A stretch of DNA of 64,000 nt, from positions 736,001-800,000 of the forward strand of contig CBDFJG010000004.1 of the NCBI GenBank assembly GCA_965248445.1. The letters are read 5' to 3'. Positions 39,948-50,700 of the stretch are shown here, piece after piece (the stretch's first letter is position 1; every line of letters starts with the position of its first letter). The notes beneath the pieces are model-generated. The model ran no database searches. It had not been told where the DNA came from and was given only the letters and a program-made list of their open reading frames with translations. A program made the position numbers and the translations under genes. Source of the stretch: Planctomycetota bacterium. GTDB lineage: Bacteria; Planctomycetota; JAJSAM01; JAJVHW01.

Positions 39948-42900
39948 TTGACCGATTTGGAACCCGTTGCTCCGCTCTCCCCAGAGAGTCTCCGTCTGGG
40001 CCCGTACGCCCTGCGCGGCGAGCTCGGCACCGGCGGGATGGGCACGGTCTACCTGGCCGAGATCGTCGACGTCGCGGAAGGCCGGTTCGGACCGCTGCCG
40101 CCGCCCGGCACACAGGTTGCCGTCAAGACATTCCACCCGCACCTCGTCACGGCACAGGAGTTCGAGGGACGCTTCCACCGCGAGGCCAAGACCGGTGCGC
40201 GACTCGGACACGAGAACGTCGTCCAGACGATCGACGCCGGAACGGACGAACTCCGCGGGCACGCCACGAGCTACATCGCGATGGAGTACGTCCATGGGCA
40301 GACGCTGCGCTCGCTGCTCGACGAGCTCGGCCAGGTACCGCAGGAACTCGCGGTCTCCATCGCGTGCCAGGTGTGCTCCGGGTTGGTGGCTATTCACGGC
40401 GCGGGAATCACGCACCGTGACCTGAAGCCCGAGAACGTGATCATCACCGACGATCATCACGTCAAGCTGATGGACCTCGGCGTCGCGAAGGTCCGTGATG
40501 CGTCCATCCGGCTGTCGTTGACGGGGCAGTTCCTCGGGTCGGTGCACTACGCCTCGCCCGAGCAGTTCCGCGACACCAGTTCCGTGGACGCACGCACCGA
40601 CCTGTACGCCGTCGGCGTCCTGGTCTACGAGATGCTCGCAGGCCAGAACCCGTTCCATCACACCGACCTGCAGGTCATCCTGCGCCGCACGCTGAACGAC
40701 CGCCCGGCGCGGCTGACGACACTTCTGCCGGACGTGCCACCGGTGCTCGACCAACTCGTCGCAACGCTCGTCGAGAAGTCTCCCGACGACCGTGTGCAGA
40801 CGGCTGAGGCGGTGCTCGACGCCCTGACGAACGGCGATCAGTCAGCGTGGTGGAAGGAACGCGGCGCCGAGCTGCACGACGAGACTGCCGGACGGGCCAT
40901 CCTGCGCCTGCCCGTGGCGCGCGAGACGTCGATCGCGGGACGTGAGACCGAGCTCGCGCAACTCGAGTCGATCTTCGACTCCCTGGCCGAGACGTCTCCG
41001 CGAAGCGTGTGGATCGACGGCGAGCACGGAATCGGGAAGAGCCGGCTGGCCGACGGGATGCTCGCGAGCCTGGCGGCGCGGAGGGACGACTGCGTGGCGA
41101 CGCACGGCGCGTTCCCGCCGCCGGGAACGGGCCGTGCCCACCAGGCTTTCGGCGAAGCCCTGATCCGCTTGTTGGGCGATGCACCGCGCGAGCGCCTGCG
41201 CGAGCTGCTGGGCGGGGAAGCGCCCGTGGACACGTTCGCCGACCTTCTCGACGGCTCGGCGCTGTCACCGGATGTCCTCGCGGACGACCAGTTCCGCGCG
41301 CTGTACACGTCCGCGCTGTCGGGTCTCTCAGCCGAGTCGCCCGTCGTCGTCATCCTGGACGATGCGCATCTGGCAGGCGAACAGGATGCTCGCCTGCTCT
41401 CGACACTCGTCCGGGCGGACGGACTGCTCATGATGCTCATCGTCATCTCGCGCACGCTCGACGAGAGCCATCCGGTCTCTCTCGCGCTGACCGAGGTGCG
41501 CGAAGACGTCGAGCGGATCACGGTGTCACGGCTCGGCCCCCGCGCCGTGGGTCAGCTTCTGCGTGCGATGCTCCAAAGCGAGCGCCTGGTCCAGGAGCTC
41601 GGCTTCCGTCTCATCGAGAAGACCGAGGGGAATCCGTACTTCATGCTCGAGGTGTTGCGCTCGCTCAAGAGCGACCGCGTGTTGAAGCCGCGCCTCGATG
41701 GCGGATGGACGATGGCCGACACGCGCATCGACATCCAGGTGCCCGACTCCGTGCGTGAGCTGATCGGCACGACACTGGCGCGTCTGGCAGAGGACGACCG
41801 CGATCTGCTCGACCTCGCATCGGTGCAGGGGATCGAGTTCGATCCCGACATTCTCTCGGAGCTGCTGGGAACACCGCGCATCGCGCTTCTGCGCCGCTTG
41901 TCGCGGTTGGAGCGCAAGTACCGCCTGATCCGGAGCACCGGCCGCACCTGCCGTTTCGACCACCAGCAGGTCCAGCAGACCCTCTACGACGAGCTGATGC
42001 AGGGGCTGCGCGAGGAGTACCACGCGCAGATCGGCAACGCGCTCGAAAGGCGCATGGGCGAGACGACGATGACGGGCGTGGATGCGTTCGAGCTGGCGAC
42101 CCACTTCGTGCGCGGCCGGGACCGCGAGCGCGCGGTCGTCCACGTCCGCACGGCGCTGCTGCACGCACGGGCGACCTACGCCGTCGACGCCGGCGGGAAG
42201 CTCGCGGAGGAGTTCCTCGCACTCGATGCGGAATCGGGAGCACCGGACCCCGCGCTGCGCGCGGAGATGCTCCTCGACCTCGCGGAGTTGCGGGGGCACG
42301 CGGGGCACCGCGACGACGAGCGTGCCGCCCTCGACGAGGCCGCCGAGCTCGTTGAACGGACCGACGACACGGAGCTCGTACGACGCTCGTTCGAACGCCG
42401 GCTGGCGCTGCACATGCAGCTGGGCGAGCACGCTGCCGCCGAGCGGATCTGCCGGAGTGCCTTGAAGGACGCCTCCCGCCGGAAGGACCACGAGGGTGCG
42501 GTCGCCGCGATCGCCAACCTGGCCGGCGCCCTGCGCGCGCAGGGCCGCTTCGACGACGCGGTCAACTCATTGCGACGCTGCCTTTCGTGGCTCGTGCGGC
42601 GCGACAGCACTCTGCGACGCACGCTGCTGATGACCTCGCTCGGTCTCGTGCAGGCACACCGCGGTCACATCGGACCCGCACAGCGCATGTACCTCGAGGC
42701 CCGCGAACGGGCGCGTGACCTCGGGATGGGTGACACCGTGCGCGTGACGGTGCCCCCGGCCGACAAGGACGATGCGCTGCGCGACCAGCTGGCCGGTCTG
42801 ACGCGCGCGCTCGGGCGCTACGCCGAATCGCGCATCGACGCGGAGAGGACACTTCTGCTCGGTACGCGGGTCGCACGGACTCTGCGGGAAGCCGCCGTTC

Positions 42901-43571
42901 TCCTCTCGCTCGGACTGCTGGCAGGCGAACTTGGACTGCTGGGCGACGCACGTGCCGCCCTGCAAGCCGCCCGCGAGAAGTGCCAGGGCGCGGGGGACGT
43001 GCGCTTCGAGTCGGCGATGGTGCAAGCCCTCGGAGAGAACGCAGTGGCCGCCCGCGACTCGGCCCGCGCGCGAGAGTGCTTCGGCGAGGCGCTGGAGTTG
43101 CGGCGCCGGATTGCGTACCGCCCCGGAGTCTGCGAGAGCCTCGTGGCGCTCGGCCAGGTCGCGGCGACCGAGCGCGACGTGGCGACAGCCCGCCGGTGCC
43201 TGGATGAAGCGAGCGATCTGGCCGACGTCCTGCAGATGCCGGGTATCGAGGCGCTCTGCGGCGCGACGCTGGCACTGCTGCACGCGCGGGAGGGCCAGAT
43301 GGAACAGGCGCGGAGAGGGCTCGCCTCGGCGCACCGGGCACTCGGTGTGGACGGCCCCGTGAGCGTCGCCAGCCGGGCGGAGGGTCTCTACTTCGCGGCG
43401 CAGGCCGCCCGAGCGCTCGGGGACGAGGACGCCTTCCGAACGTACCTGTGGCAAGCCTACGACGTGCTCCAGGACGTGGCCGCCCCGATGGCGGCGGAGG
43501 AGCGTCACCGCTTCCTGAAGGGAACCAGCCCCAACAAGGAGATCGTGGGGCTCGTGAGCCGAATGAGCTGA
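39948..43571 (+). CDS. Ser/Thr protein kinase fused to STAND-type AAA ATPase and TPR repeats
   Basis: GTGGMG, VAVK, HRDLKPEN, DLG, YASPEQ; Walker A GEHGIGKS, Walker B VVILDDAH, TEGNPYF; C-terminal TPRs. GGAG precedes TTG 39948. Confidence 0.9.
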   Translation: MTDLEPVAPLSPESLRLGPYALRGELGTGGMGTVYLAEIVDVAEGRFGPLPPPGTQVAVKTFHPHLVTAQEFEGRFHREAKTGARLGHENVVQTIDAGTDELRGHATSYIAMEYVHGQTLRSLLDELGQVPQELAVSIACQVCSGLVAIHGAGITHRDLKPENVIITDDHHVKLMDLGVAKVRDASIRLSLTGQFLGSVHYASPEQFRDTSSVDARTDLYAVGVLVYEMLAGQNPFHHTDLQVILRRTLNDRPARLTTLLPDVPPVLDQLVATLVEKSPDDRVQTAEAVLDALTNGDQSAWWKERGAELHDETAGRAILRLPVARETSIAGRETELAQLESIFDSLAETSPRSVWIDGEHGIGKSRLADGMLASLAARRDDCVATHGAFPPPGTGRAHQAFGEALIRLLGDAPRERLRELLGGEAPVDTFADLLDGSALSPDVLADDQFRALYTSALSGLSAESPVVVILDDAHLAGEQDARLLSTLVRADGLLMMLIVISRTLDESHPVSLALTEVREDVERITVSRLGPRAVGQLLRAMLQSERLVQELGFRLIEKTEGNPYFMLEVLRSLKSDRVLKPRLDGGWTMADTRIDIQVPDSVRELIGTTLARLAEDDRDLLDLASVQGIEFDPDILSELLGTPRIALLRRLSRLERKYRLIRSTGRTCRFDHQQVQQTLYDELMQGLREEYHAQIGNALERRMGETTMTGVDAFELATHFVRGRDRERAVVHVRTALLHARATYAVDAGGKLAEEFLALDAESGAPDPALRAEMLLDLAELRGHAGHRDDERAALDEAAELVERTDDTELVRRSFERRLALHMQLGEHAAAERICRSALKDASRRKDHEGAVAAIANLAGALRAQGRFDDAVNSLRRCLSWLVRRDSTLRRTLLMTSLGLVQAHRGHIGPAQRMYLEARERARDLGMGDTVRVTVPPADKDDALRDQLAGLTRALGRYAESRIDAERTLLLGTRVARTLREAAVLLSLGLLAGELGLLGDARAALQAAREKCQGAGDVRFESAMVQALGENAVAARDSARARECFGEALELRRRIAYRPGVCESLVALGQVAATERDVATARRCLDEASDLADVLQMPGIEALCGATLALLHAREGQMEQARRGLASAHRALGVDGPVSVASRAEGLYFAAQAARALGDEDAFRTYLWQAYDVLQDVAAPMAAEERHRFLKGTSPNKEIVGLVSRMS

Positions 43572-43738
43572 CCCGGTATTCCAGACCAAGGGCGGCCGCC
43601 CATTCGTCCCATCCAGAGACCCACGAAACGCTCTGCCCGCGCGGTGCGTCCGAGGTCGGGAAGCGTATGATCGACGGGACGCCCAGGGAGGGCGGCCGTC
43701 TCTCGACGGCACTGCCGGTCACCACTGCGGAGATCAAG

Positions 43739-46700
43739 ATGCGCCCATCGTCCGGAATCACCTCTCGCACACTGCTGGCCGGCCTCGCTCTGCTCGCCGC
43801 GCCCGCGGCGTTGCACTCCGCCGCCCTCGTTCCGGCAGCCTGGGCCCAGGACTCCGCGGATCCCGTGGACCCCATCGAGGATCAGGCCCTCGAGGAGGAG
43901 GCGCACGCGCGCTTCGACCAAGCGCTCGACACGTTCCGGCGCGCGTTCGACACGTCGGTGCAGCAAGCCCGCTCCGGCGGAGCCGCGCGCGTGAAGAACC
44001 TCTCCCGCGCCGAGGTGCTCGCCGAGAAGATCGACCTGCTCACCGAGCGGACCACGCGCTTCCGCGACAGCGAGGCGTTCCTCGCCGGCTATGACGCCGA
44101 GTCGGTCGGCCACGTGCTGCGCGCGCGCATCGACTTCCTCCGCACACGCTACCGGGCGGCCGCCGGCGACGCGGAGGGCGCAGCCGAACTCGCCGCGAGC
44201 CTCTCGCTGGTCCACGACTACTGGATCATCGGACCGTTCGACAACGAGCGCGGCCGCGGTTTCAAATCGAACAAGGAGCCGCAGAAGGAGCTGAAGCTCG
44301 ACGCCGAGTACGAGGGCAAGGAGCGCCCGGTGCGCTGGCGCAGGGTGCCGGTTACCGACGTCACTGCGCGCGTCAACCTGAACGCTCTGCTCAGACCGAA
44401 CGATCAGGCGTTCGCGTACGCCGTCGCGTTCGTGAAGAGCGAGACGGCCCAGCCCGCCGCCGTGCGCGTGGGGTCCGACGAAGCTCTGCGGGTGTGGTGG
44501 AACGGACAGGAAGTCGTCAAGCGCGACGTGCGCCGCTCCCTCGGCTGGGACCAGGACGTCGCGGGCGTGAACCTCAACGAGGGCTGGAACGCCGTGCTCC
44601 TGAAGGTGCACGACCAGACTGGCGCGTGGGCGTTCCGCATGCGGCTGACCGCGCCGGACGGCGGGCCGCTCAGCGGCGTCGCGTTCGCCCGCACGCAAGA
44701 GGACGCAGAGACGGCCACCGGCAGTCTCGGCAAGGCCACGCCGTTCGAGGGCGCGGTCGACGGGGGCGCCAAGCAATACTACGACGGGGTCGTCGGCGAG
44801 GGCGAAGACGCCACGCAGTGGGGGGGCGGCTCACGCGACCTCTTCCATCTCGGCTATCTCCACTTCCGCCGCGGCTTCGACAGCATCACGGACCGCAAGG
44901 CCGCGAAGTTGCTGAAGAAGGCCGCCGACGGCCGTCCGGGCGACGCCGTTCTTCGCTTCCACTACGCCGAAGCCGCGTCGCCGCCGATCGAGATGTCGGT
45001 CGAACGCGAGGAGAACCGCCAGCGGCAGGCCCGCCTGGAAGCCGTCGAGAAGGACCCCGAGTACGCGCTCGCGTACCGCGCCCTCGCCGACTATTACACG
45101 CGTTCGCTCGTCAACCTGGAGCGCGCCGAGTCGCTGCTTCGCAAAGCGCTCACCGTCAATCCGGACTACTACCAGGCACGCCTCGACCTGGCCGACGTGC
45201 TGCGGCGCCGCGGACTGCACGCTGACGCGCAGAAAGAGCGCAACAGGGTGTTCGCGCAGCCGTCCGCCGCCGAGCGCGAAGCACGTCAACGCGCCTGGGC
45301 GCGCGATCTCCAGCGTCAGGGCCGCGGACGCGAAGCGCTCGGCGCGTGGAACGAGGTCCTCGGCCTCGATGCGCGCAGCAACGACGTGCGTCGCCGCGTC
45401 GCGAACCTCGCTGCCGAATCGATGGCGCACCAGGACGCTGTCAATGTGCTCGAGTCGATCCTCGAGGTGAACCCCTACGACACGTCCACGCTCTCGCGAC
45501 TGGCCGAATTGCATCAGGGCCACGGCGATCTGGATCTGGCGGCAACGACTCTCGAGCGCGCGCTCGAGATAGCGCCCGAGGACGATGGGCTGCTGCAGAC
45601 GCTCGGACACGTCCGGCTGAAGTCCGGGCAGAACGACGAAGCACTCGTAGCGTTCCAGGAGGCACTCCGCGTCAACCCGAAGCTGCAGAAGCTCGAGCGT
45701 TACCTCGAGTTCCTCGATCCGTCCCGCGCTCCGTACGAAGACGACTACCGCACCGATATCACGGCACTGATCGAGAAGGCGCGTGACTACGACAACGCCG
45801 AGAACGACAGCCACCTCATCCTGCTCGAGCAGCAGGTGGACAAGGTGAACCCCGACGGCACGTCGAGCACCTACACGCACAACGCGATGAAGATCCTGAC
45901 GAACGAGGGCGTCAAGCGCTTCGATCGCATCCCGGCACAGGCATGGGGCGACCGCTCGTTCAAGTGGAAGGGGGCGCGTGTCATCAAGGAGGATGGTTCC
46001 GTCCTCGACGCGAAGCTCCAGGCGTTCGGCAGCTTCCGAGTGGCGGACTTCCCGCCGCTCGTGCCCGGCGACGTCGTCGAGATCGAGTACCGCGCGGACG
46101 ATCGCTCCCAGAGCTTCTTCGGCGACTACTTCGGGACCGTGCGCTACTTCGGCGACTACGTGCCGACGCTCATGGCCACGTACACGCTGATCACTCCGAA
46201 GGAACGCACCTTCCACTTCAACCGCGAGCGGCTGGACCAGGAGCCGGTGGTGACCGAGACCGAGGACGACACGCGGGTCTACGAATGGGTCGTCTGGGAC
46301 ATGCCGAAGATCCGGCAAGAGATCGGCATGCCGGGACCAGTCGAGATCTTCCCGCAGGTGCAGGTCTCGACGTACGGGTCGTGGGACGAGTTCGCCAAAT
46401 GGTGGTGGAGCATGATCCGCGACCAGCACATCGCGAGCGAGGACATCAAGGCGAAGGTCACGGAGCTGACGGCCGAGAAGGAGTCACGCCTCGACAAGGT
46501 CCGCGCCATCTACGAGTTCGTGACCGGCGAGGTCACGTACCAGGCGTGGGAGTTCGGCGTGCACGGCTACAAGCCGTACACGACGACCTCGATCTTCGAC
46601 AAGAAGGAGGGTGACTGTAAGGACAAGGCCATCCTCATGAACACCATGCTGCGCGAGATCGGCGTCGAGTCGTATCCGGTGCTGATCATGGCAGAGGAGC

Positions 46701-47641
46701 CGCGTCCGATCCGCGACATGTCGCTCGCCATGGTCGGTCAGTTCAATCACTGCATCAGCTACGTTCCCGACGCCGACGGGTCCGGCACCGGCATGTTCCT
46801 CGACGGCACCGTCCAGTACGGACATGTCGGACTGCCGCCGGGCATGGACCGAGGGGCAGAGGTGCTCGTCGTGAAGCCCGAGGGCGCGGAACTCGTGAAG
46901 ATCCCGCTCGGCACGCCCGACGAAACGGGACTGGACCAGGACTACGACGTCACGGTCCACGCGGACGGTTCGGCGAGCGTCAAGGCGGAGTTCACGTGGC
47001 GCGGCGACCTCGCGCTGCAGTGCCGCAGCATGTTCGCCGTCGAGGGCCGCCGCAAGCTCATCCTGCAGGCGATCCTCGCGCAGGTCTTCGGTCCGGCGAA
47101 GCTCGGCGAAATCGACTTCGACGACCTGAAGGAGGCCGACGAGCCGGTCGAGCGCTTCCGCGTGACCGCCGAGGTTCGCAACTTCGCGAAGGGGTCGGGC
47201 GACGTGCGCGACCTTCCCACGGCGTTCCTGAACATGTTGGATCAGATGAAGCAGATCGTCGAGCGCCCGGAGCGCGAGCACGACCTGCTCCTGCAGAACC
47301 CGATGTCGTTCTGCATCACGGCGAAGTACACGCTGCCCGAGGGCTGGACCCTGGATCAGGCACCCGAGGACCTGAGCATCGACCTGCCGCAGGCGGCGTT
47401 CACGTCGACTGCCAGCGCAGACGGCTCCGTGCTCACGCTCGAGCGCAACATCGAACTGCGCGAGACACGCGTCCCGACCGAGTCTTACGGCGCGTTCCGT
47501 GACGGACTGACGAAGGCGAACGGCACCTCGAAGCACACTTTCAAGGTGCGCGTCGGCGGAACCGAGCCCGACAGCGGCCCAGAAGAGAGCGGCAACGAAG
47601 ACAGCGACACGGAAGAAGACGGCGCCGAAGAAGGCGAGTGA
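43739..47641 (+). CDS. Secreted TPR plus DUF3857/transglutaminase-like protein (intact Cys-His-Asp)
   Basis: Signal peptide; jelly-roll-like WIIGPF...GSDEALRVWWNG domain; TPRs; GDCKDKA, FNHCI and FLDGT motifs. Confidence 0.85.
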   Translation: MRPSSGITSRTLLAGLALLAAPAALHSAALVPAAWAQDSADPVDPIEDQALEEEAHARFDQALDTFRRAFDTSVQQARSGGAARVKNLSRAEVLAEKIDLLTERTTRFRDSEAFLAGYDAESVGHVLRARIDFLRTRYRAAAGDAEGAAELAASLSLVHDYWIIGPFDNERGRGFKSNKEPQKELKLDAEYEGKERPVRWRRVPVTDVTARVNLNALLRPNDQAFAYAVAFVKSETAQPAAVRVGSDEALRVWWNGQEVVKRDVRRSLGWDQDVAGVNLNEGWNAVLLKVHDQTGAWAFRMRLTAPDGGPLSGVAFARTQEDAETATGSLGKATPFEGAVDGGAKQYYDGVVGEGEDATQWGGGSRDLFHLGYLHFRRGFDSITDRKAAKLLKKAADGRPGDAVLRFHYAEAASPPIEMSVEREENRQRQARLEAVEKDPEYALAYRALADYYTRSLVNLERAESLLRKALTVNPDYYQARLDLADVLRRRGLHADAQKERNRVFAQPSAAEREARQRAWARDLQRQGRGREALGAWNEVLGLDARSNDVRRRVANLAAESMAHQDAVNVLESILEVNPYDTSTLSRLAELHQGHGDLDLAATTLERALEIAPEDDGLLQTLGHVRLKSGQNDEALVAFQEALRVNPKLQKLERYLEFLDPSRAPYEDDYRTDITALIEKARDYDNAENDSHLILLEQQVDKVNPDGTSSTYTHNAMKILTNEGVKRFDRIPAQAWGDRSFKWKGARVIKEDGSVLDAKLQAFGSFRVADFPPLVPGDVVEIEYRADDRSQSFFGDYFGTVRYFGDYVPTLMATYTLITPKERTFHFNRERLDQEPVVTETEDDTRVYEWVVWDMPKIRQEIGMPGPVEIFPQVQVSTYGSWDEFAKWWWSMIRDQHIASEDIKAKVTELTAEKESRLDKVRAIYEFVTGEVTYQAWEFGVHGYKPYTTTSIFDKKEGDCKDKAILMNTMLREIGVESYPVLIMAEEPRPIRDMSLAMVGQFNHCISYVPDADGSGTGMFLDGTVQYGHVGLPPGMDRGAEVLVVKPEGAELVKIPLGTPDETGLDQDYDVTVHADGSASVKAEFTWRGDLALQCRSMFAVEGRRKLILQAILAQVFGPAKLGEIDFDDLKEADEPVERFRVTAEVRNFAKGSGDVRDLPTAFLNMLDQMKQIVERPEREHDLLLQNPMSFCITAKYTLPEGWTLDQAPEDLSIDLPQAAFTSTASADGSVLTLERNIELRETRVPTESYGAFRDGLTKANGTSKHTFKVRVGGTEPDSGPEESGNEDSDTEEDGAEEGE

Positions 47642-47684
47642 TCGAGAACGACGGCCGCGCGCTGCCGGGCGACCACACGAGCAC

Positions 47685-47745
47685 GCCCGCACATTCGCGG
47701 CACCCACACCCGCGCTACCCACACATTGGGCTATCCACACATTGG
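47685..47745. repeat. Degenerate ~16-bp intergenic tandem repeat
   Basis: GCTACCCACACATTGG (47714-47729) and GCTATCCACACATTGG (47730-47745), preceded by two looser copies. Confidence 0.7.
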
Positions 47746-47752
47746 TGACCAA

Positions 47753-50700
47753 ATGAGAATTCGCACCCTCGCACTTCTGGCCCCCGCCGTGCTCGCACTC
47801 GGCGCGCAACCCGCCCGGTCCGCCGAACCCTCCGTACCAGACGCGCTGTATGGCTCGGAGTTCGAGGCGCGGGGCGACTTCGGCGGATGGCTCTCCGAAC
47901 TGCTCGACGCCTACACGGCCGAACCGGAGTCTCCCTACGGCGTGCTGCTGCTGCAGAAGATCCGCGGTCTCACGGGGCACGCAGAAGACGTCGGCGTGGT
48001 CGCGTCGCGGCTCACGCCGGTGTTCGACGCGGGCGTCGGGGACCCCGAGGTGCTCGAAGTGCTGACCGACGTGCTCGCCGACCGCGCGCGCGCCGCCGGT
48101 GACTTCGACCGCGGCAATGCGTACGCAGGCAATGCGGGCTACCTGCGCAAGTTCGCCTCCGTCGGTCCGTTCGGCTGGTCCGAGGACGCGCTAGTCCACA
48201 AGCACTACGCGCCCGAGTCCGGCGAGGTCGATCCGACTCAGACCTACGAGGACTCACGGGGAGTCAAGGGCTGGAAGACGCTGCCGGTCGTGGGCGAGTC
48301 CGCGTGGGTTCGGCCGTTCGATCAGTTGCGCCGCGGCGGGTCCGGCGTCACTTACTCGATGGCGCGCGTGCGCAGTAGCGCACCCGGAACTGTGGCGCTC
48401 AAGGTCCACTGCGGCACGTCGTTCAAGCTCACGGTGAACGGACGCGAGATCGTGTCCGCCGACCAGCGCCGCGACCGCGTCCCCGACCCGGTGTGGTGCA
48501 CTGCGCGCCTGCAGGACGGCTGGAATCGCATCGTCATGAAGCTCGCCGGACGAGGGAGCTTCGCCATCAAGGTGTGCGACGCCGGGACCGGCGCGATCCT
48601 CAGGGGGCTGGAGGAGGGAGATCCTCTTCTCGCCGATGCGGCGCCGGCCGCCGGAGAGCCCGCCGATGCACTCACCTACAAGTCGCCATTGGAGAGAGTG
48701 ATCGCCGCAGCTGCCGCGGACGACGACGCAGCGCGCCTCACCGCTGCCGCCCAGATGCTCTCCTCCGCCGACCGCGATTGGGAAGCGTACGAGGCGTTCG
48801 AGAAGGCAGCGGCGCTCGCGACCGCGCTGCCCGACGTACCGCAGGCGAACATCCTGTCGTCGCACGGACGCTTCCTGGCGGACTTCGGCCCGTTCCCCGA
48901 CGTGCAGAGGAAGCTCCGCGCCAAGCCGCAGTTCCTGGCCGCCCTCGAGGCCCATCGGGGACACGTCTCCGCGACCGTCCGCATCGCGCGCTACGAGGAC
49001 GAAGACGACCGCCCCGACAAGGCCGTCAAGTCCGTCCAGAAGCTCGTCTCGGAGAACCCGAACGCCTCCGCGTGGATGACACTCGCGCGCATCGCGCGAA
49101 ACCGCGGATGGGAGCGCGAGGCACAGGACGCCGCCGAGGCCGCATCGAGCCTCGCACCCAACCTCGAGGAACCGCTGACGTTCCTCGCCGCCATCGACAA
49201 GCAGTACGCGAACCACGAGTCGCGCATTGCGCGCATGCGGCAGGTGCTCGCGATTGATGCAGGAGACGGCACCGCGATCAACGCGGTCATCGACTCGCTA
49301 CGCGCGCAGGGGAAGCAGACCGAAGCCGTCGAGTTGCTCCAGGAGATGACGGCCAGGTGGCCCGCTTCGCTCGGCTGGCGCCGCCAGCTGGCAGCGGTGA
49401 TGACGGAACTCGGTGAGGAAGAAGAGGCGCTGAAGATCTTCAACGACCTCGCGACCCGAGTCCCGGAGGAAGCGCAATACCCGTCGGAGATCGGCCATGT
49501 CCTCGAACTGACCGGCAACGGTGACGGTGCCGTCGAGGCGTTCGAGAAGAGCCTGTCGCTCGCCGGATACCAGCCCAACCTCTGGCGCCGGGTGAAGCGC
49601 CTGCGCGGTGAGGTGGAGGACTTCGGAGCGCGCTACGAGCCGGACGTGGAAGCGATCATCTCGGGTCTGGATTCGACCGAGGATATGGTCGCGAAGTACC
49701 CCAAGGCTGTAGCGGTGACGGTTCTCGACCACACGGTCACGCGCGTGCGCCCGGACGGATCGTCCGAGAGCTACGTCCACATGATCTACAAGATCCTGAA
49801 CGAGAAGGGCGTCGCGAAGTACGGCGACGTCGGCAACTCCGGCGAACTCCTGGAGATCCGCTCGATCCTGCCCGACGGCACCGAGATGGCGCCCACGGGG
49901 CTGCGGCGGCGGTCGTTCAACATGGAGGGTCTGGTTCCCGGAACGGTCATCGAGCACCGCTATTTCGCGACGTCGCGCCCCGGGCGGGACGGATACGACG
50001 GCGGACAGTTCTACTTCCAGGACTTCGAGTTCCGCCGCAGCCCGAACCCCGTGCTGATGAGCCGTTACGTCGTGCTCGTGCTGGACGACATGAAGGTCGA
50101 GTGGACGAAGCGCAACTACGACGAGGAACCGGACGTCAAGAAGGCCGGTGGCTACACGGCCACCACCTGGCAGAAGACCGACATGCCCATCATCGAGTGG
50201 GAGCAGTCGATGCCGGGCCGCGACGAGATCGTCCCGCACGTCAACTATTCGCCCAAGCCCAAGATGGACGACGTGAACTGGGAGTATCTGGGCGGCGCGG
50301 ACGACACGCGCACGAGCCCGATCCTCGAGGAAGCGCTGTCCCGCGCGGTGACCGAAGGCATGTCGGACACCGAACGACTGCACGCCATTCACGCGTTCGT
50401 GAACGAGGAGATTCTGGGCGACTTCTCGATGGGTTCCGACCCCGCGGCGATCCTCCTCGAGAAGGCCGGCGACCGCGCGCAGCTGTTCGAGGCCATGGTG
50501 CGCGCGTCCGGCATCCCACACAAGCAGGCCCGCGCGATGCCCAACCGGGGCGACGGCATGGATCTGGACAAGGCGACGTCGCGCTCGTTCAGCCGGCCGT
50601 TCCTGTGGCTCGAGCCGCGGGACGGAGAGCCGGTCCCGTACTTCGCCGGATCGCACCACGCGCCGTTCGGCCTCGTTCCGCGCGCGTTCCGGCGCAGCTT

